A stretch of 64,000 bases of DNA. It comes from Spirochaetia bacterium UBA6919. Its GTDB lineage: Bacteria; Spirochaetota; UBA6919. Of the stretch, positions 50,770 through 61,440 are shown piece by piece. The notes under the pieces are model-generated. The model made no database searches. It saw nothing but the letters and a program-made list of their open reading frames with translations, and was not told the origin of the DNA. The stretch covers positions 2,061 to 66,060 of the forward strand of contig DKAT01000083.1 in assembly GCA_002450905.1 (NCBI GenBank), in the 5' to 3' direction. A program made the translations under genes and the position numbers. The stretch's first letter is position 1. The number at the start of each line of letters is the position of its first letter.

Positions 50770-51756
50770 TTATTTCTCTTGAATGAAAAGATCTGTTGTA
50801 TCTACCTTTGATTTAATTAATTTATATTGCAGTAGAACTCGGTTTAATAGCTGTATATTATTTATAAGGAGGGGAGGATTTCTTTTTATAAAATTATAAT
50901 TTTCTTCTTTTGTGGGGATATGAATATATTTGAAATTATCCAGGACTTTTTGAGGGGTAATTTTCTGACGCTTCGCTAAGATGGATGATGCTTTATCAGG
51001 GTGATCACTCAGATATTTTACAGCTTCAAACCAAGCATCATGTATTTGATTTACAATTATAGGATTTTTTTTGACAACATCATCATGAATTACCATAACA
51101 TCGATGATTTCATTGGGTATTTCTTTGCTGGAAAATATTTCATTGGCACCAGCCTTAAGAATTTTCGTTCTGGCTGGATCAAACGTAACAACTGCATCCA
51201 CTTTCTGTGAATGATAAGCTGATTCATGGGCATTAACATCAATGGATAATATTTTAATATCATTTGGAGACATATTATTCTTTTCAAGAGCACGGGTAAT
51301 AACATAAGCTCCCAGAGCATTGCTTTCTACAGCAACTTTCTTGCCAATTAAGTCTTTCATTGATTTTATAGGGGGACGGGCTAAAATGACATCTCCTCCA
51401 TGGGATACATCATGTACAAGGATAATTTTAATAGGTATCTTGTCTTGTTTTAATAAGAGGACTTCGTCGAGGGTTAGTGATGCTCCCTCCAGTACACGGT
51501 TTCGAAATGCCCGCAGAACTTCTGTAGCAGAGTCATATTGTATAAGTCGAATATTGGATTTTTTAAAAGAACCCAGGGATTTTGCAAGATAAAGTGGCTC
51601 ATATCCAGTCCAGATATTAGTTCCAATACGGACGAGAGGAGTTTCCTGCGGTTTACAGGATAAAAATAATAGGATGAATAGAAGGAAAAACAGATTACTT
51701 TTTTTCATATAATTATTTATAATATACTCACTCCCTCTAAAAAGTTTTTCATTCAT
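50770..51756 (-). CDS. Periplasmic substrate-binding protein (NMT1/SsuA/TauA-like), operonic partner of the sensor DGC
   Basis: Lipoprotein-like signal (LLFILLFLSCKPQ), about 300-aa two-lobe SBP-like sequence. Stop lies 4 bp from the DGC start on the same strand. Confidence 0.55.
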   Translation of the reverse strand: MNEKLFRGSEYIINNYMKKSNLFFLLFILLFLSCKPQETPLVRIGTNIWTGYEPLYLAKSLGSFKKSNIRLIQYDSATEVLRAFRNRVLEGASLTLDEVLLLKQDKIPIKIILVHDVSHGGDVILARPPIKSMKDLIGKKVAVESNALGAYVITRALEKNNMSPNDIKILSIDVNAHESAYHSQKVDAVVTFDPARTKILKAGANEIFSSKEIPNEIIDVMVIHDDVVKKNPIIVNQIHDAWFEAVKYLSDHPDKASSILAKRQKITPQKVLDNFKYIHIPTKEENYNFIKRNPPLLINNIQLLNRVLLQYKLIKSKVDTTDLFIQEK

Positions 51757-51785
51757 ACATAAAGTTAATTTATTTTAGCGATGTG

Positions 51786-52742
51786 TCAAGATATACTAAG
51801 ATTTTTTTCTATATTCCTTATAGCCTGTTCGAAATCAGGGAATAGAAACTGGTAACCTTCTTCCAAAAGACGTTTTGGATAAACATATCTACTTTTGACT
51901 ATCAGTTCTGTTTCTGTTCTCAGAATAAATGCACCCAGTTCAAGCATCCAGTTTGTAGGAGAGAATCCGTAAGATACATTTAATATTTTTCTAATCGTCC
52001 CCATAATTTCTTTATTAGGAAGAGGATTTGGCGTGCATAAATTATAAATGCCCTGGGACTTGTTGTTTTCAATAAGCCATTGGATTATATTACAGAAGTC
52101 ATCCGTATGAAGCCAGGATACATATTGTTCCCCATTACCCATCTTTCCACCAAGCCTTAATAGAACAAGTTTTCTCATGGTTTCATATACCCCACCTGGT
52201 TCTGAACCAAATATAAATGAAGTTCTTAATATATTTTTACGTATATGCTGCAGATTTATACTTTCAAATTCTCTTTCCCATGATTGAGCCACATCAACTG
52301 AAAATAAATCCTTGGCATCTTTGTGTGGAGCTATGATATGATTATATTCATCATTTGGAGTATCGTACCGATGGAGATATATAGTTGCTGTACTGGAGTT
52401 CAGCCAGACTGGGGGCGGATTTTGACATTTCGTAATAGCCTCGCCTAATATCCGAGTGGACAGAACCCGGGAATTCATAATATCATCTCGATTTTTCTTA
52501 TTATAACGGCAATTTACCCATCTTCCTGTGAGATTTACAAGGGCTGAAGCATCCTCCAGTTCCTTGATCCATGACCCAAGGGACTTTCCATCCCATATAA
52601 CAGTTTTGGCATACTCGAAAGAATGGTGATTACGGGAAAAAATAACCACCAGATATCCCCTCTTATAAAACCATTTTGAAAGACATCGTCCAAGAAATCC
52701 AGATCCACCAGGGATAATAATTTTTTTTTGACTCAACTCCAA
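51786..52742 (-). CDS. TIGR01777/YfcH-like NAD-dependent epimerase/dehydratase family protein (with DUF1731-like C-terminus)
   Basis: IIIPGGSGFLGRCLSKWFYKRGYLVVIFSRN Rossmann GxxGxxG motif, 318 aa. Confidence 0.65.
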   Translation of the reverse strand: MELSQKKIIIPGGSGFLGRCLSKWFYKRGYLVVIFSRNHHSFEYAKTVIWDGKSLGSWIKELEDASALVNLTGRWVNCRYNKKNRDDIMNSRVLSTRILGEAITKCQNPPPVWLNSSTATIYLHRYDTPNDEYNHIIAPHKDAKDLFSVDVAQSWEREFESINLQHIRKNILRTSFIFGSEPGGVYETMRKLVLLRLGGKMGNGEQYVSWLHTDDFCNIIQWLIENNKSQGIYNLCTPNPLPNKEIMGTIRKILNVSYGFSPTNWMLELGAFILRTETELIVKSRYVYPKRLLEEGYQFLFPDFEQAIRNIEKNLSIS

Positions 52743-52976
52743 CCCTCAAATAATAATATAAATAATCGTCTATTCATTTTAAAATAATAATGATATTAAT
52801 CAAGTTTGTGTATTATTTTAAATTAATTTATAACAGATAATTATTTTTTATATTCAAAATCATTGTTATTAAAATAAATATTATTAATTCAAAAGGACTT
52901 TATTTCTACTCAAAAAATCATTACATTACATTAGATTTTTTATAGGTGTCTATTCAGATCTAAATAGTAGGTGGGT

Positions 52977-54332
52977 ATGAAAATTATAATCATCGGAGCA
53001 GGGGATGTGGGATTTCAAATTGCAGAACGACTTGTAAATGAAGAACACGATGTGGTTATTGTTGATAGAGATCCTGAGAAGATTTTAGAGATAAATCGCT
53101 CACTGGATGTATTGACGATTATTGGACAGGGTGGTGATTATGATGTTTTAAAGAAAGCTGGGATTGAAGGGTGTGATATTCTTATTGCTGCCACAGATGT
53201 TGATGAAACAAATATGATTGCTTGTTTCATAGCAAAGAAATTTAACGTAGCTTCTAAAATTGCCAGAATTAGAAATTATTTATTTGAATCAGAAATTAAA
53301 AATGGAAAAGGTATTTTCACAAAAGAAGAACTGGGTATTGATGTCCTGATAAACCCTGAAGAAGTTGTTACAGAGCGTATTGTACGACTCATCTCATCTC
53401 CATCAGCATTTGAAATAATAGAGTTTCCTGAAGAAGAACTCATTATAAAGGGCTTTAAAATAACTGCGGGACTCGAAATCGCTAATACATCCATCAAAGA
53501 AATCGCTTTTTATACAAAACTTCAGAAAATGCTTATCCTCGCAATTATTCGGCAAGATGAAATGATTATCCCAACGGGTGACACAAAACTTATTCCCGGT
53601 GATAAGGTATATATTGTTGGTAAAACAGAAGATTTTCCAGATATCGCTCCTTATTTTCATGAGTCACATAAAATTATTAAAAGGGTATTTATTTCTGGAG
53701 TATCGAATATTACAAGAAGACTGTGTAAGATATTCCAAACTCAGGATATACATGTTAAAGTGATTGAGCAGGATAGAAACAAATGTCTGTCGTTCGCAGA
53801 AGAGTATCATAAGATTGATGTGGTAAATTGTAGTCCAACTGATGTAGAATCTTTACTGGACGAGGGATTAGAAAATATAGATGCATTTATTGCTGTTTCA
53901 GAAGATGAAGAACGAAATATTTTGTCATCGATGCTTGCTAAAAAGCACAAGGTAAGAAAAACTATTACTAAAATTCAGAAGAATGATTACTTACCTTTCA
54001 CTAATGTGATGGGAATAGATGCCGTGGTTAATCCCAAGTTATCAACTGTGGGTGAAATATTAAAATATGTCAGAAAAGGAAATATATTGTCTGTGGTTAC
54101 ACTTGGTGAATCAAATGCTGAAGCAATTGAGTATCAGATTGGTAAAAATAGTTCATGCACTGGTAAACCACTGAAAGAAATTAATTTTCCAGAAGGTTCT
54201 CTTATCTCTGCTATTATTAGAGGGGAAGAAAGAATTATACCACGAGGTAATGATATTCTAAGAATGGGAGATCGGATCATAGTGTTTACAAAATCAGAAG
54301 TAGTAAAAGAAATTGGAAGGATATTCAGCTAG
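52977..54332 (+). CDS. trkA: Trk potassium-uptake system NAD-binding protein TrkA (two RCK_N + two RCK_C)
   Basis: MKIIIIGAGDVGFQIAERL and a second Rossmann motif at about residue 235 (VFISGVSNITRRL). 451 aa. ATG at 52977 preferred over GTG at 52971. Confidence 0.85.
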   Translation: MKIIIIGAGDVGFQIAERLVNEEHDVVIVDRDPEKILEINRSLDVLTIIGQGGDYDVLKKAGIEGCDILIAATDVDETNMIACFIAKKFNVASKIARIRNYLFESEIKNGKGIFTKEELGIDVLINPEEVVTERIVRLISSPSAFEIIEFPEEELIIKGFKITAGLEIANTSIKEIAFYTKLQKMLILAIIRQDEMIIPTGDTKLIPGDKVYIVGKTEDFPDIAPYFHESHKIIKRVFISGVSNITRRLCKIFQTQDIHVKVIEQDRNKCLSFAEEYHKIDVVNCSPTDVESLLDEGLENIDAFIAVSEDEERNILSSMLAKKHKVRKTITKIQKNDYLPFTNVMGIDAVVNPKLSTVGEILKYVRKGNILSVVTLGESNAEAIEYQIGKNSSCTGKPLKEINFPEGSLISAIIRGEERIIPRGNDILRMGDRIIVFTKSEVVKEIGRIFS

Positions 54333-54335
54333 AAT

Positions 54336-55838
54336 ATGAAAATAGGAATTGTTCTCCATATCCAAAGTGTGCTTATAATGTTTATAGGTCTGTTTCAGAT
54401 CTTTCCACTGATGTTTTCAATTTACTATAAAGGAAATGATATATACCCATTTATCTATTCCATTATTCTGACAGTTATAACTAGTGCTATAATCCATCTT
54501 TCTACCCGTAGATATCGAAGTAAAGAAATTAAGATAAGAGAAAGTTTTGCTATAGTAACTTTTGGATGGGTTACAGCGGCATTATTTGCTACTATCCCTT
54601 TTTTAATCCATTCTTATATGTCTGGTTACCCTCAAACAGGAGCAATTAATAATTTTACTGATGCATATTTTGAGATGATGAGTGGTTTTACAACGACAGG
54701 TTCATCTATTTTGAAGGATATAGAGGCACTTCCAAAGGGCTTATTGTTCTGGAGAAGTTTGACACACTGGTTAGGAGGTATGGGAATTATTCTTCTTGCT
54801 GTGGCTATATTACCAGCACTAGGTGTAGGTGGAATGCAATTGTATCAAGCTGAGGTCCCTGGCCCAATTACTGATAAAATTGCCCCTCGAATAAGTGAAA
54901 CAGCAAAGATTCTTTGGGGAGTTTATGTTCTGTTCACCGTATCCGAGACTATTTTATTAATGCTTGGAGGTATGGATCTATTTGATGCCCTTTGTCATAC
55001 CTTTGGATCTGTGGCTACAGGAGGATTTTCAACCAAGAATCTTAGTATAGGTCACTATAACTCAGTGTATATCGATGTTGTGGTAATAATTTTTATGTTC
55101 CTTTCAGGAGCTAATTTTACAATCCATTATAGATTTTTGAGTGGAAACAGAAAAGCTTATTTCAGGGATAAGGAATTTTTGTTTTATACAGGAATTATTG
55201 TAGCTACTTCGGCTCTTCTAATGTTTGATAACTTGTATAAAAACTTTAATGGGGATTTTTTAAACTCTATACGCTATACTGTCTTCCAATCTGTTTCCAT
55301 TATGACTACCACAGGCTATGGAGTGGGTATTCACGAGAAGAGTACATATCATTTCGGTGTCTGGTCAAGTTTTGCACAATTTTTATTTATTATTTTGATG
55401 ATCTCAGGAGGTTCTGCGGGTTCTACCGGTGGAGGAGTCAAGAGTCTGAGGGTCTTTGTTGCATTAAAGTTTGTATATAATGAAATAATTAAATTTATTT
55501 ACCCAAGACATATTAAGCTTATCCGAATTGGAAAGGATGTGATACCTGAGGGAATTATTCTTTCTACACTGGGATTTATTATGATTCATATTTTAATAAC
55601 AGGGATAGCAACGCTCATTATGAATTATTTAGAATCGGATTTGGTTACCAGTTTCTCTTCTGTGGTTACTACTTTGAATAATGTAGGTCCTGGTCTTGGA
55701 AAAGTGGGGCCTGCTGATAATTTTTCAAGTATATCTACACCTGGCAAGTGGATATTAACCTTATGTATGCTCCTTGGACGCCTGGAATTATATAGCGTTA
55801 TAATTTTATTTGTACCCGTTGCATGGAGGAAAAATTGA
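54336..55838 (+). CDS. trkH: Trk potassium-uptake system membrane protein TrkH
   Basis: 500 aa polytopic protein directly after trkA, with repeated selectivity-filter-like TTTGS / TTTGYG / GGFSTKN / GSTGGG glycine motifs. Confidence 0.85.
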   Translation: MKIGIVLHIQSVLIMFIGLFQIFPLMFSIYYKGNDIYPFIYSIILTVITSAIIHLSTRRYRSKEIKIRESFAIVTFGWVTAALFATIPFLIHSYMSGYPQTGAINNFTDAYFEMMSGFTTTGSSILKDIEALPKGLLFWRSLTHWLGGMGIILLAVAILPALGVGGMQLYQAEVPGPITDKIAPRISETAKILWGVYVLFTVSETILLMLGGMDLFDALCHTFGSVATGGFSTKNLSIGHYNSVYIDVVVIIFMFLSGANFTIHYRFLSGNRKAYFRDKEFLFYTGIIVATSALLMFDNLYKNFNGDFLNSIRYTVFQSVSIMTTTGYGVGIHEKSTYHFGVWSSFAQFLFIILMISGGSAGSTGGGVKSLRVFVALKFVYNEIIKFIYPRHIKLIRIGKDVIPEGIILSTLGFIMIHILITGIATLIMNYLESDLVTSFSSVVTTLNNVGPGLGKVGPADNFSSISTPGKWILTLCMLLGRLELYSVIILFVPVAWRKN

Positions 55839-55952
55839 TTTAATATTATCTATTTAATAGAGAATACATAAATAATTTTAAAAGCTTATTGAATGTTGAC
55901 AAAAAGATTTTTCTTTAGTAATTTTAATTTCCATTAAAAGGTATATATTGTT

Positions 55953-56660
55953 TTGAAAAATAATAATAAAGTCTTATCTATAATCATCCCGGTATACAAT
56001 GAAGAAAATACCATTCAGGAGATAATAAAACATGTCCTTGCTGTCGATTGTGGTCAAAAAGAAATTATTATTGTGGATGACTGCTCCAAGGATAATACCC
56101 GTAAAATTTTAGAGGAATCAATCAAATCTCAGGTTTCAAAGATCATTTATCATGAATATAATCAAGGGAAAGGAGCGGCTATCCAATCAGGGATCCAGCA
56201 TGCTACGGGTGATTATATCATTATCCAGGACGCTGATTTGGAATATGATCCCCAAGAATACCCTATTTTACTCAATCCTCTTTTAAATGGGAAGGCAGAT
56301 GTTGTCTATGGATCAAGATTTATCTCTCAAAAAGAACACCGAATCCTCTATTTCTGGCACTATGTAGGAAATCAATTTCTTACTCTCCTATCCAATATGT
56401 TTTCCAATCTAAATCTTTCCGATATGGAAACTTGTTACAAGATATTCAAACGTGAAATAATCCAAGGTATTAATATAGAAGAAAAAAGATTTGGGTTTGA
56501 ACCAGAGATTACCGCTAAAATTGCCAAGATTAAAGGAATCCGTATATTTGAAGTAGGAATTTCTTATTATGGTAGAACTTACGCGGAAGGAAAGAAAATT
56601 AATTGGAAGGATGGGTTTCGAGCTATCTGGTGTATTATGAAATATAATTTGTTTCGATAA
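55953..56660 (+). CDS. GT2 polyprenol-phosphate glycosyltransferase (DPM1/GtrB-like)
   Basis: [25 protein letters not shown] (DxD-like), [14 protein letters not shown] start, 235 aa. Confidence 0.8.
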   Translation: MKNNNKVLSIIIPVYNEENTIQEIIKHVLAVDCGQKEIIIVDDCSKDNTRKILEESIKSQVSKIIYHEYNQGKGAAIQSGIQHATGDYIIIQDADLEYDPQEYPILLNPLLNGKADVVYGSRFISQKEHRILYFWHYVGNQFLTLLSNMFSNLNLSDMETCYKIFKREIIQGINIEEKRFGFEPEITAKIAKIKGIRIFEVGISYYGRTYAEGKKINWKDGFRAIWCIMKYNLFR

Positions 56661-56673
56661 TTGTTTAATATAT

Positions 56674-57147
56674 ATGATATCAAAACATACAATCGTTCGA
56701 ATCTTCTTTATATTAATAGTTTTGGGGATAGCTATTCAGATTTCGGTAAGGATGGCCGAATTATACTCTAAAAACCTCCCTGTTTATCGTGCTGTTTCAC
56801 TATGGGACAAACGGATTATGAGTATAAATATAGTTTTTAATTACAAATTTGAAAAAGATTTCCTCCTTCTAATTGAAAAAATACCCTCTGATTATTCCAT
56901 TAATACACTGTTTGATAATCCAATAAACTACACAGTTCTTTTAAAATACTGGTTCCATCCACGGAAATTTAATAAAAACCCCGATGTAATCTGTGGTTTT
57001 CGCTATAAAAAAAAAGATTTTCCTCAAGGTTACATAAAAGTTTATAGCGATTTTAATAATAATGTTATTCTTCTTCATGATAAAATATATCAAAAAATGC
57101 AATACAATGCTATATTAAAAAAACAATGGCAATTTTTGTTGAAATGA
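56674..57147 (+). CDS. Hypothetical protein with N-terminal TM
   Basis: 157 aa, one N-terminal hydrophobic helix. Sits between the GT2 and the polytopic membrane protein. Confidence 0.3.
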   Translation: MISKHTIVRIFFILIVLGIAIQISVRMAELYSKNLPVYRAVSLWDKRIMSINIVFNYKFEKDFLLLIEKIPSDYSINTLFDNPINYTVLLKYWFHPRKFNKNPDVICGFRYKKKDFPQGYIKVYSDFNNNVILLHDKIYQKMQYNAILKKQWQFLLK

Positions 57148-58508
57148 TCATTCAGGCACTTTTTTTTATAATTGTTTATCCATTTCTCGTTGGTGTTTCT
57201 TTAATAACCATTCTATCTCAAAAAGAAAATCTATTTCGTCCTATGGATTATTTATCATCCTATCTTCTTGGAATTGGATTAATTACTTATATCTTATTTT
57301 TAATTCTTTTAGTTGTTGACAATAACTATTTTATATATCTTCTCATCCTTACTATACCATTGGTCATGGTGAGCTTGATATTAAAAAAAGACTTCTGGAA
57401 AAGGATTTTGAAAATTAAATTGACTATTCCTCCCTTTCGAGAGAATATCTTAGCATATACTATTTTACTATTAATAATACTACAAATGTTTTATGGTTAT
57501 TTTCGTAATCTTACCATGTCCCCATCAAGTTGGGATGGATTTGCGATGTGGGCTTTCAAGGCGAAGATACTTTATTATAGCGGCTTAAATGCTTTGTTGA
57601 CCTCAGGAATTGATCACCTGGACTACCCCCTGATGAATCCTATGGCTCAATTTTACAGTTATTTATCATTTGGACAATTTGATGAAATTGCTGGAAAGTT
57701 GTTTATCCCAGTACTCCATAGCGTATTTATTGGATTATTCTATTTCCAAATTAGAAATTATTTAACAATCCGTGCTTCTTTATTATTCACACTTATTTTA
57801 GCCATTATGAAACCAATATCTACACACTCCACCCTTGCGTATGCTGATCTTCAATTGATGTTTTTCTTTACTACAGCAGTATTTTATCTATATGAATATT
57901 TACAATCTTTGAGGTATAAAGATTTTATCATATCAGCTATCCTTCTTGGATTGTGTGGATGGACAAAAAATGAAGGTCTGTCTTATATATTGGTTTGTCA
58001 AATCGTATTATTTTTATATTATGTTTTTAATAAGCGTGAGTCGTGGGGAATCCTGTTCAGAGATATTGGATCTTATTTCCTAATTAGTTTAATAATATAT
58101 ATGCCCTGGCTTGTATACAGTAAATTACATCAGCTCTCAGTGGATCTGCTAACTCACAAGACCATAACGTTATCCTATATCTTAAATCACCTTTCCAGAA
58201 TACCGATAATTTTATGGGCATTTATAAAAACTATGATCAGTCCAGCATTTGTATTTATCTGGTTATTTATATTGTTAAGTCATATTATATTTTTTAAACG
58301 ATTGATTCATGATAATATTAAATATATATCCCTAATTATCTTGTTGAGCCTGGGAATATTTTCAACTATATATTTAATTACTCCACATGATATTATATGG
58401 CATCTCAATACATCCATCGATCGCCTGGTATTACAAATAACTCCAATAGCATTGTTTATTATGGTTCATCTAATTTCTGACTGGTATAAACAGGTGATCC
58501 AATATTAA
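57126..58508 (+). CDS. Polytopic membrane protein, probable GT-C-type glycosyltransferase using the polyprenol-P-sugar made by the adjacent GT2
   Basis: 460 aa, at least 10 predicted TM helices, gene order GT2 - small protein - large polytopic protein (GtrABC-like logic). Inference from architecture. Confidence 0.35.
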   Translation: MAIFVEMIIQALFFIIVYPFLVGVSLITILSQKENLFRPMDYLSSYLLGIGLITYILFLILLVVDNNYFIYLLILTIPLVMVSLILKKDFWKRILKIKLTIPPFRENILAYTILLLIILQMFYGYFRNLTMSPSSWDGFAMWAFKAKILYYSGLNALLTSGIDHLDYPLMNPMAQFYSYLSFGQFDEIAGKLFIPVLHSVFIGLFYFQIRNYLTIRASLLFTLILAIMKPISTHSTLAYADLQLMFFFTTAVFYLYEYLQSLRYKDFIISAILLGLCGWTKNEGLSYILVCQIVLFLYYVFNKRESWGILFRDIGSYFLISLIIYMPWLVYSKLHQLSVDLLTHKTITLSYILNHLSRIPIILWAFIKTMISPAFVFIWLFILLSHIIFFKRLIHDNIKYISLIILLSLGIFSTIYLITPHDIIWHLNTSIDRLVLQITPIALFIMVHLISDWYKQVIQY

Positions 58509-59543
58509 TTGAATAAGTTAAGCATTATGAATACACCTACAGAAGAACAACTCATAGATTTCTTTATAAAAACCTTTGCTGAAACACCTACTTCTATATT
58601 AAAATTACCTGAAGCAGGTTCATACAGAGCATATTATAGAATCATAAGTACAAATCACAAGGCTATTGGTGCATTCAACCAGGACATTAAGGAGAATACT
58701 GCTTTCCTATCATTCACTAAACACTTCTATTCAAGTGGATTACCTGTTCCAGAAATATATTATGAATCTGAAGATAAGCTATATTATTTACTGGAAGATC
58801 TTGGAGACACTACCTTGTATTCATTTATAATACAACACAGGGAAAATTATATTCCAACAGATCAGCTTTTCAATGTATACAAGAATGTTTTAAATAAACT
58901 TCCTCAATTTCAGATTCAGGGAAGGAATATTGACTATTCGGTGTGTTATCCACGAAATGCCTTTGATCGACAATCCATGATGTGGGACTTGAATTATTTT
59001 AAATATTATTTCTTAAAACTCGCTAAAATCCCTTTTGATGAACAATTATTAGAAGATGATTTTAATTTCCTTTGTGATCACCTTACGAAAGCTGATGATA
59101 ATTATTTTTTATATCGTGATTTCCAGTCCCATAATATTATGCTGAAAGATCAAATCCCTTATTTCATCGACTATCAGGGAGGACGTAAGGGGGCACTTCA
59201 ATATGATCTGGCTTCTCTGCTCTACGATTCCAAAGCAGATCTGAGAGATGATATACGAAATGATTTATTGGAACACTATCTTGAGGTACTGAGTATGCAT
59301 ATTAATTTAAATAGAAATGATTTTATGGAGTATTATCCAGGATTTGTTTTATTAAGGATTATGCAGGCGATGGGTGCTTATGGATTTAGAGGATTCTATG
59401 AAAGAAAAGAGATATTTTTAAAGAGTGTGCCGTATGCCATTCGTGATCTGAAAAGCATTCTAAAGGATATACAGATTAAAATCCCTCACTTATTAGATAC
59501 CCTGAAACGTTTAACAGAGTCACAATCTCTTCTGAACTTATAG
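58509..59543 (+). CDS. APH/choline-kinase-family phosphotransferase (possibly a sugar kinase of the AmgK type)
   Basis: Brenner-like catalytic motif YRDFQSHNIMLKD and downstream YFIDYQGG (DxxxxN ... D), 344 aa, starts 1 bp after the preceding gene. Confidence 0.5.
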   Translation: MNKLSIMNTPTEEQLIDFFIKTFAETPTSILKLPEAGSYRAYYRIISTNHKAIGAFNQDIKENTAFLSFTKHFYSSGLPVPEIYYESEDKLYYLLEDLGDTTLYSFIIQHRENYIPTDQLFNVYKNVLNKLPQFQIQGRNIDYSVCYPRNAFDRQSMMWDLNYFKYYFLKLAKIPFDEQLLEDDFNFLCDHLTKADDNYFLYRDFQSHNIMLKDQIPYFIDYQGGRKGALQYDLASLLYDSKADLRDDIRNDLLEHYLEVLSMHINLNRNDFMEYYPGFVLLRIMQAMGAYGFRGFYERKEIFLKSVPYAIRDLKSILKDIQIKIPHLLDTLKRLTESQSLLNL

Positions 59544-59561
59544 AATAACGTACAGGTATAA

Positions 59562-60806
59562 TCATGATTCAGATGACCGGGATAATGGATCGGGACAATT
59601 AAGTAAAACAAGTTTGAGTGCTAATACAGGAAGGATTGGAAGAAAATATTTTTCCCATACAAGATAGGATAATGGCATAATCATTAGAAATGAGATAATC
59701 GTCGTGTTTAAAAAGAATTCGAAGTCAAATAATTTATTCTGGATCCTGCGAATTAAGTCAATAACAATTTGATATAAAATAATTAAACCAAATAAAAATG
59801 ATATATAAAAAACAATTTGTTCCAGCAAAGGTATATTGAAAATTATTTTCAGAAACCGATGAAATAATCCAACGGTATTGAAATTCCCCCTGATTGCTGA
59901 TATTGAAGGGGCAATCGGGAATAACCAATAAATCCAGGAAATAATGAAAAGAATGATATATGGAATTAGCTTTTTGAATAATATTTTTTTCCACCGAATG
60001 ATAATCACAGGGATAAGGTAAATAAAAATAAGACTGATATATAGAAATAAATAACTGATATTATAAGTAATCTTTTTTTCTATATAGAGATTTCTCATCT
60101 GATTGATTGGTGTTAATCCTCCTTCCCATAGGATTACAAGCAGTAATAGGGGGATTATACAAACTATATTAGAAATCACCATAATTATATCTTCTTTTCT
60201 ACGGTATAATAAACTGAGGATAAGAAAATATAAACCACTCGAAAGAGCTATAAATATAAGATATTGCCTTGATAAGATAGAAAATGATAATCCTATAGCC
60301 AGGAGAAAGGGTCTTTTATCGATAACAGCTATAATACTCAGTAATAGAAACAATATTGCAGTCATATCCGTGAAGATTAATATACTGAGAGAAGTCATGT
60401 ATGGATTTATAATTATAAAAACAGAGAGGAGAAAGCTTGTTTTAGAGTTTTTTATTGCTTTAAACAATAACTGGTACAATAATAAAAATGTGATAACTGC
60501 TATAATAACTGAAAAGATTCTCAGAGAGAGGATATTTAATCCAAATAATTTTGACCACATTGAGTATAACAGAAATGGGAGAGGGGTTGACATATCTTCA
60601 TAGTACTTTAAATTATTAATCGATATGTCCTTATGGAATAATTTAATTGTCTCTATAAAATGTTCCTCATCACTGAATCTTTCGGATGTTATCGAAAATA
60701 TCATTGAGTTTGTGATATATGAAACAACAAATAAATAAACAAGGATAAAAATAAAATATCCCAGATATAGCTTATTGAATTGGTTTAGTTTGTTATTATC
60801 TTCCAT
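59562..60806 (-). CDS. Polytopic membrane protein (hypothetical; possible GT-C-like or DUF2029-like mannosyltransferase)
   Basis: 414 aa, at least 10 hydrophobic helices. Convergent with the glycosylation cluster. Confidence 0.35.
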   Translation of the reverse strand: MEDNNKLNQFNKLYLGYFIFILVYLFVVSYITNSMIFSITSERFSDEEHFIETIKLFHKDISINNLKYYEDMSTPLPFLLYSMWSKLFGLNILSLRIFSVIIAVITFLLLYQLLFKAIKNSKTSFLLSVFIIINPYMTSLSILIFTDMTAILFLLLSIIAVIDKRPFLLAIGLSFSILSRQYLIFIALSSGLYFLILSLLYRRKEDIIMVISNIVCIIPLLLLVILWEGGLTPINQMRNLYIEKKITYNISYLFLYISLIFIYLIPVIIIRWKKILFKKLIPYIILFIISWIYWLFPIAPSISAIRGNFNTVGLFHRFLKIIFNIPLLEQIVFYISFLFGLIILYQIVIDLIRRIQNKLFDFEFFLNTTIISFLMIMPLSYLVWEKYFLPILPVLALKLVLLNCPDPLSRSSES

Positions 60807-61011
60807 AATTATTCACGTTATTTCAACAGATCGACATTGTAATTGAAGAAAGATAATAACGAATTTAAAAATATTATAAAAAAAATGTGTGATTTAAAGT
60901 TCAGGAGTTGGACTTCTTTGTAAATATTTTTTATAATATATTATTATCCTTTTTAAGAAATATGCCGTTAATCTCTTCAAAATTGTTATCATTAATTTAT
61001 GGAAAAGAGCG

Positions 61012-61440
61012 TTGTACCCAAAACCATTTGACACCCAGGCATCCCATTATATCCACAAACGGGTTTTATTAAAAGCTATTAAGAAACTTGGTTATAAAGT
61101 ATATTTTAAAACATCCATATCACATTCCGATATCTTCACTCAATCCTATACAGTGGATTTTGCGATTGAAAATGGTTCACCCTACAAAATAGGATTTATC
61201 CGCAGCTTAACAATGTACTATAAAATCATAGGCGACTGGGATGGGTTGAACCGAACCAGTTTACAGTCGTCATCGACTATACTCCATGATCTTGAACAAG
61301 AATATGACAGGATCAATAAAAAAAAGTTCATATTCAATAAATTAATCGATTCGTTAATTCTAAAAGTTCTTTCCTGCAAACACCTCATCAAATCATCAAA
61401 TATCTTTTTCTTCTTTAAAAAATTAAAATACAGATGGTAA
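61012..61440 (+). CDS. Hypothetical protein
   Basis: 142 aa. TVDFAIENGSPYKIGFI is faintly PD-(D/E)xK- or DUF559-like but not convincing. Confidence 0.3.
   Translation: MYPKPFDTQASHYIHKRVLLKAIKKLGYKVYFKTSISHSDIFTQSYTVDFAIENGSPYKIGFIRSLTMYYKIIGDWDGLNRTSLQSSSTILHDLEQEYDRINKKKFIFNKLIDSLILKVLSCKHLIKSSNIFFFFKKLKYRW

Noticed and set aside
49904-53763. ORFs 49904..50125 (+), 51001..51210 (+), 51090..51320 (-), 51320..51592 (+), 53276..53497 (-), 53403..53660 (-), 53578..53763 (+)
   Set aside because: Embedded in the DGC, SBP and trkA genes in other frames.
59758-60603. ORFs 59758..59994 (-) and 60103..60603 (+, 166 aa) overlapping the 414-aa membrane protein gene
   Set aside because: The 414-aa minus-strand frame gives a coherent polytopic membrane protein. 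The plus-strand 166-aa product is low-complexity (I/N/R-rich) with no start context. Treated as an antisense artefact, though I cannot rigorously exclude it.
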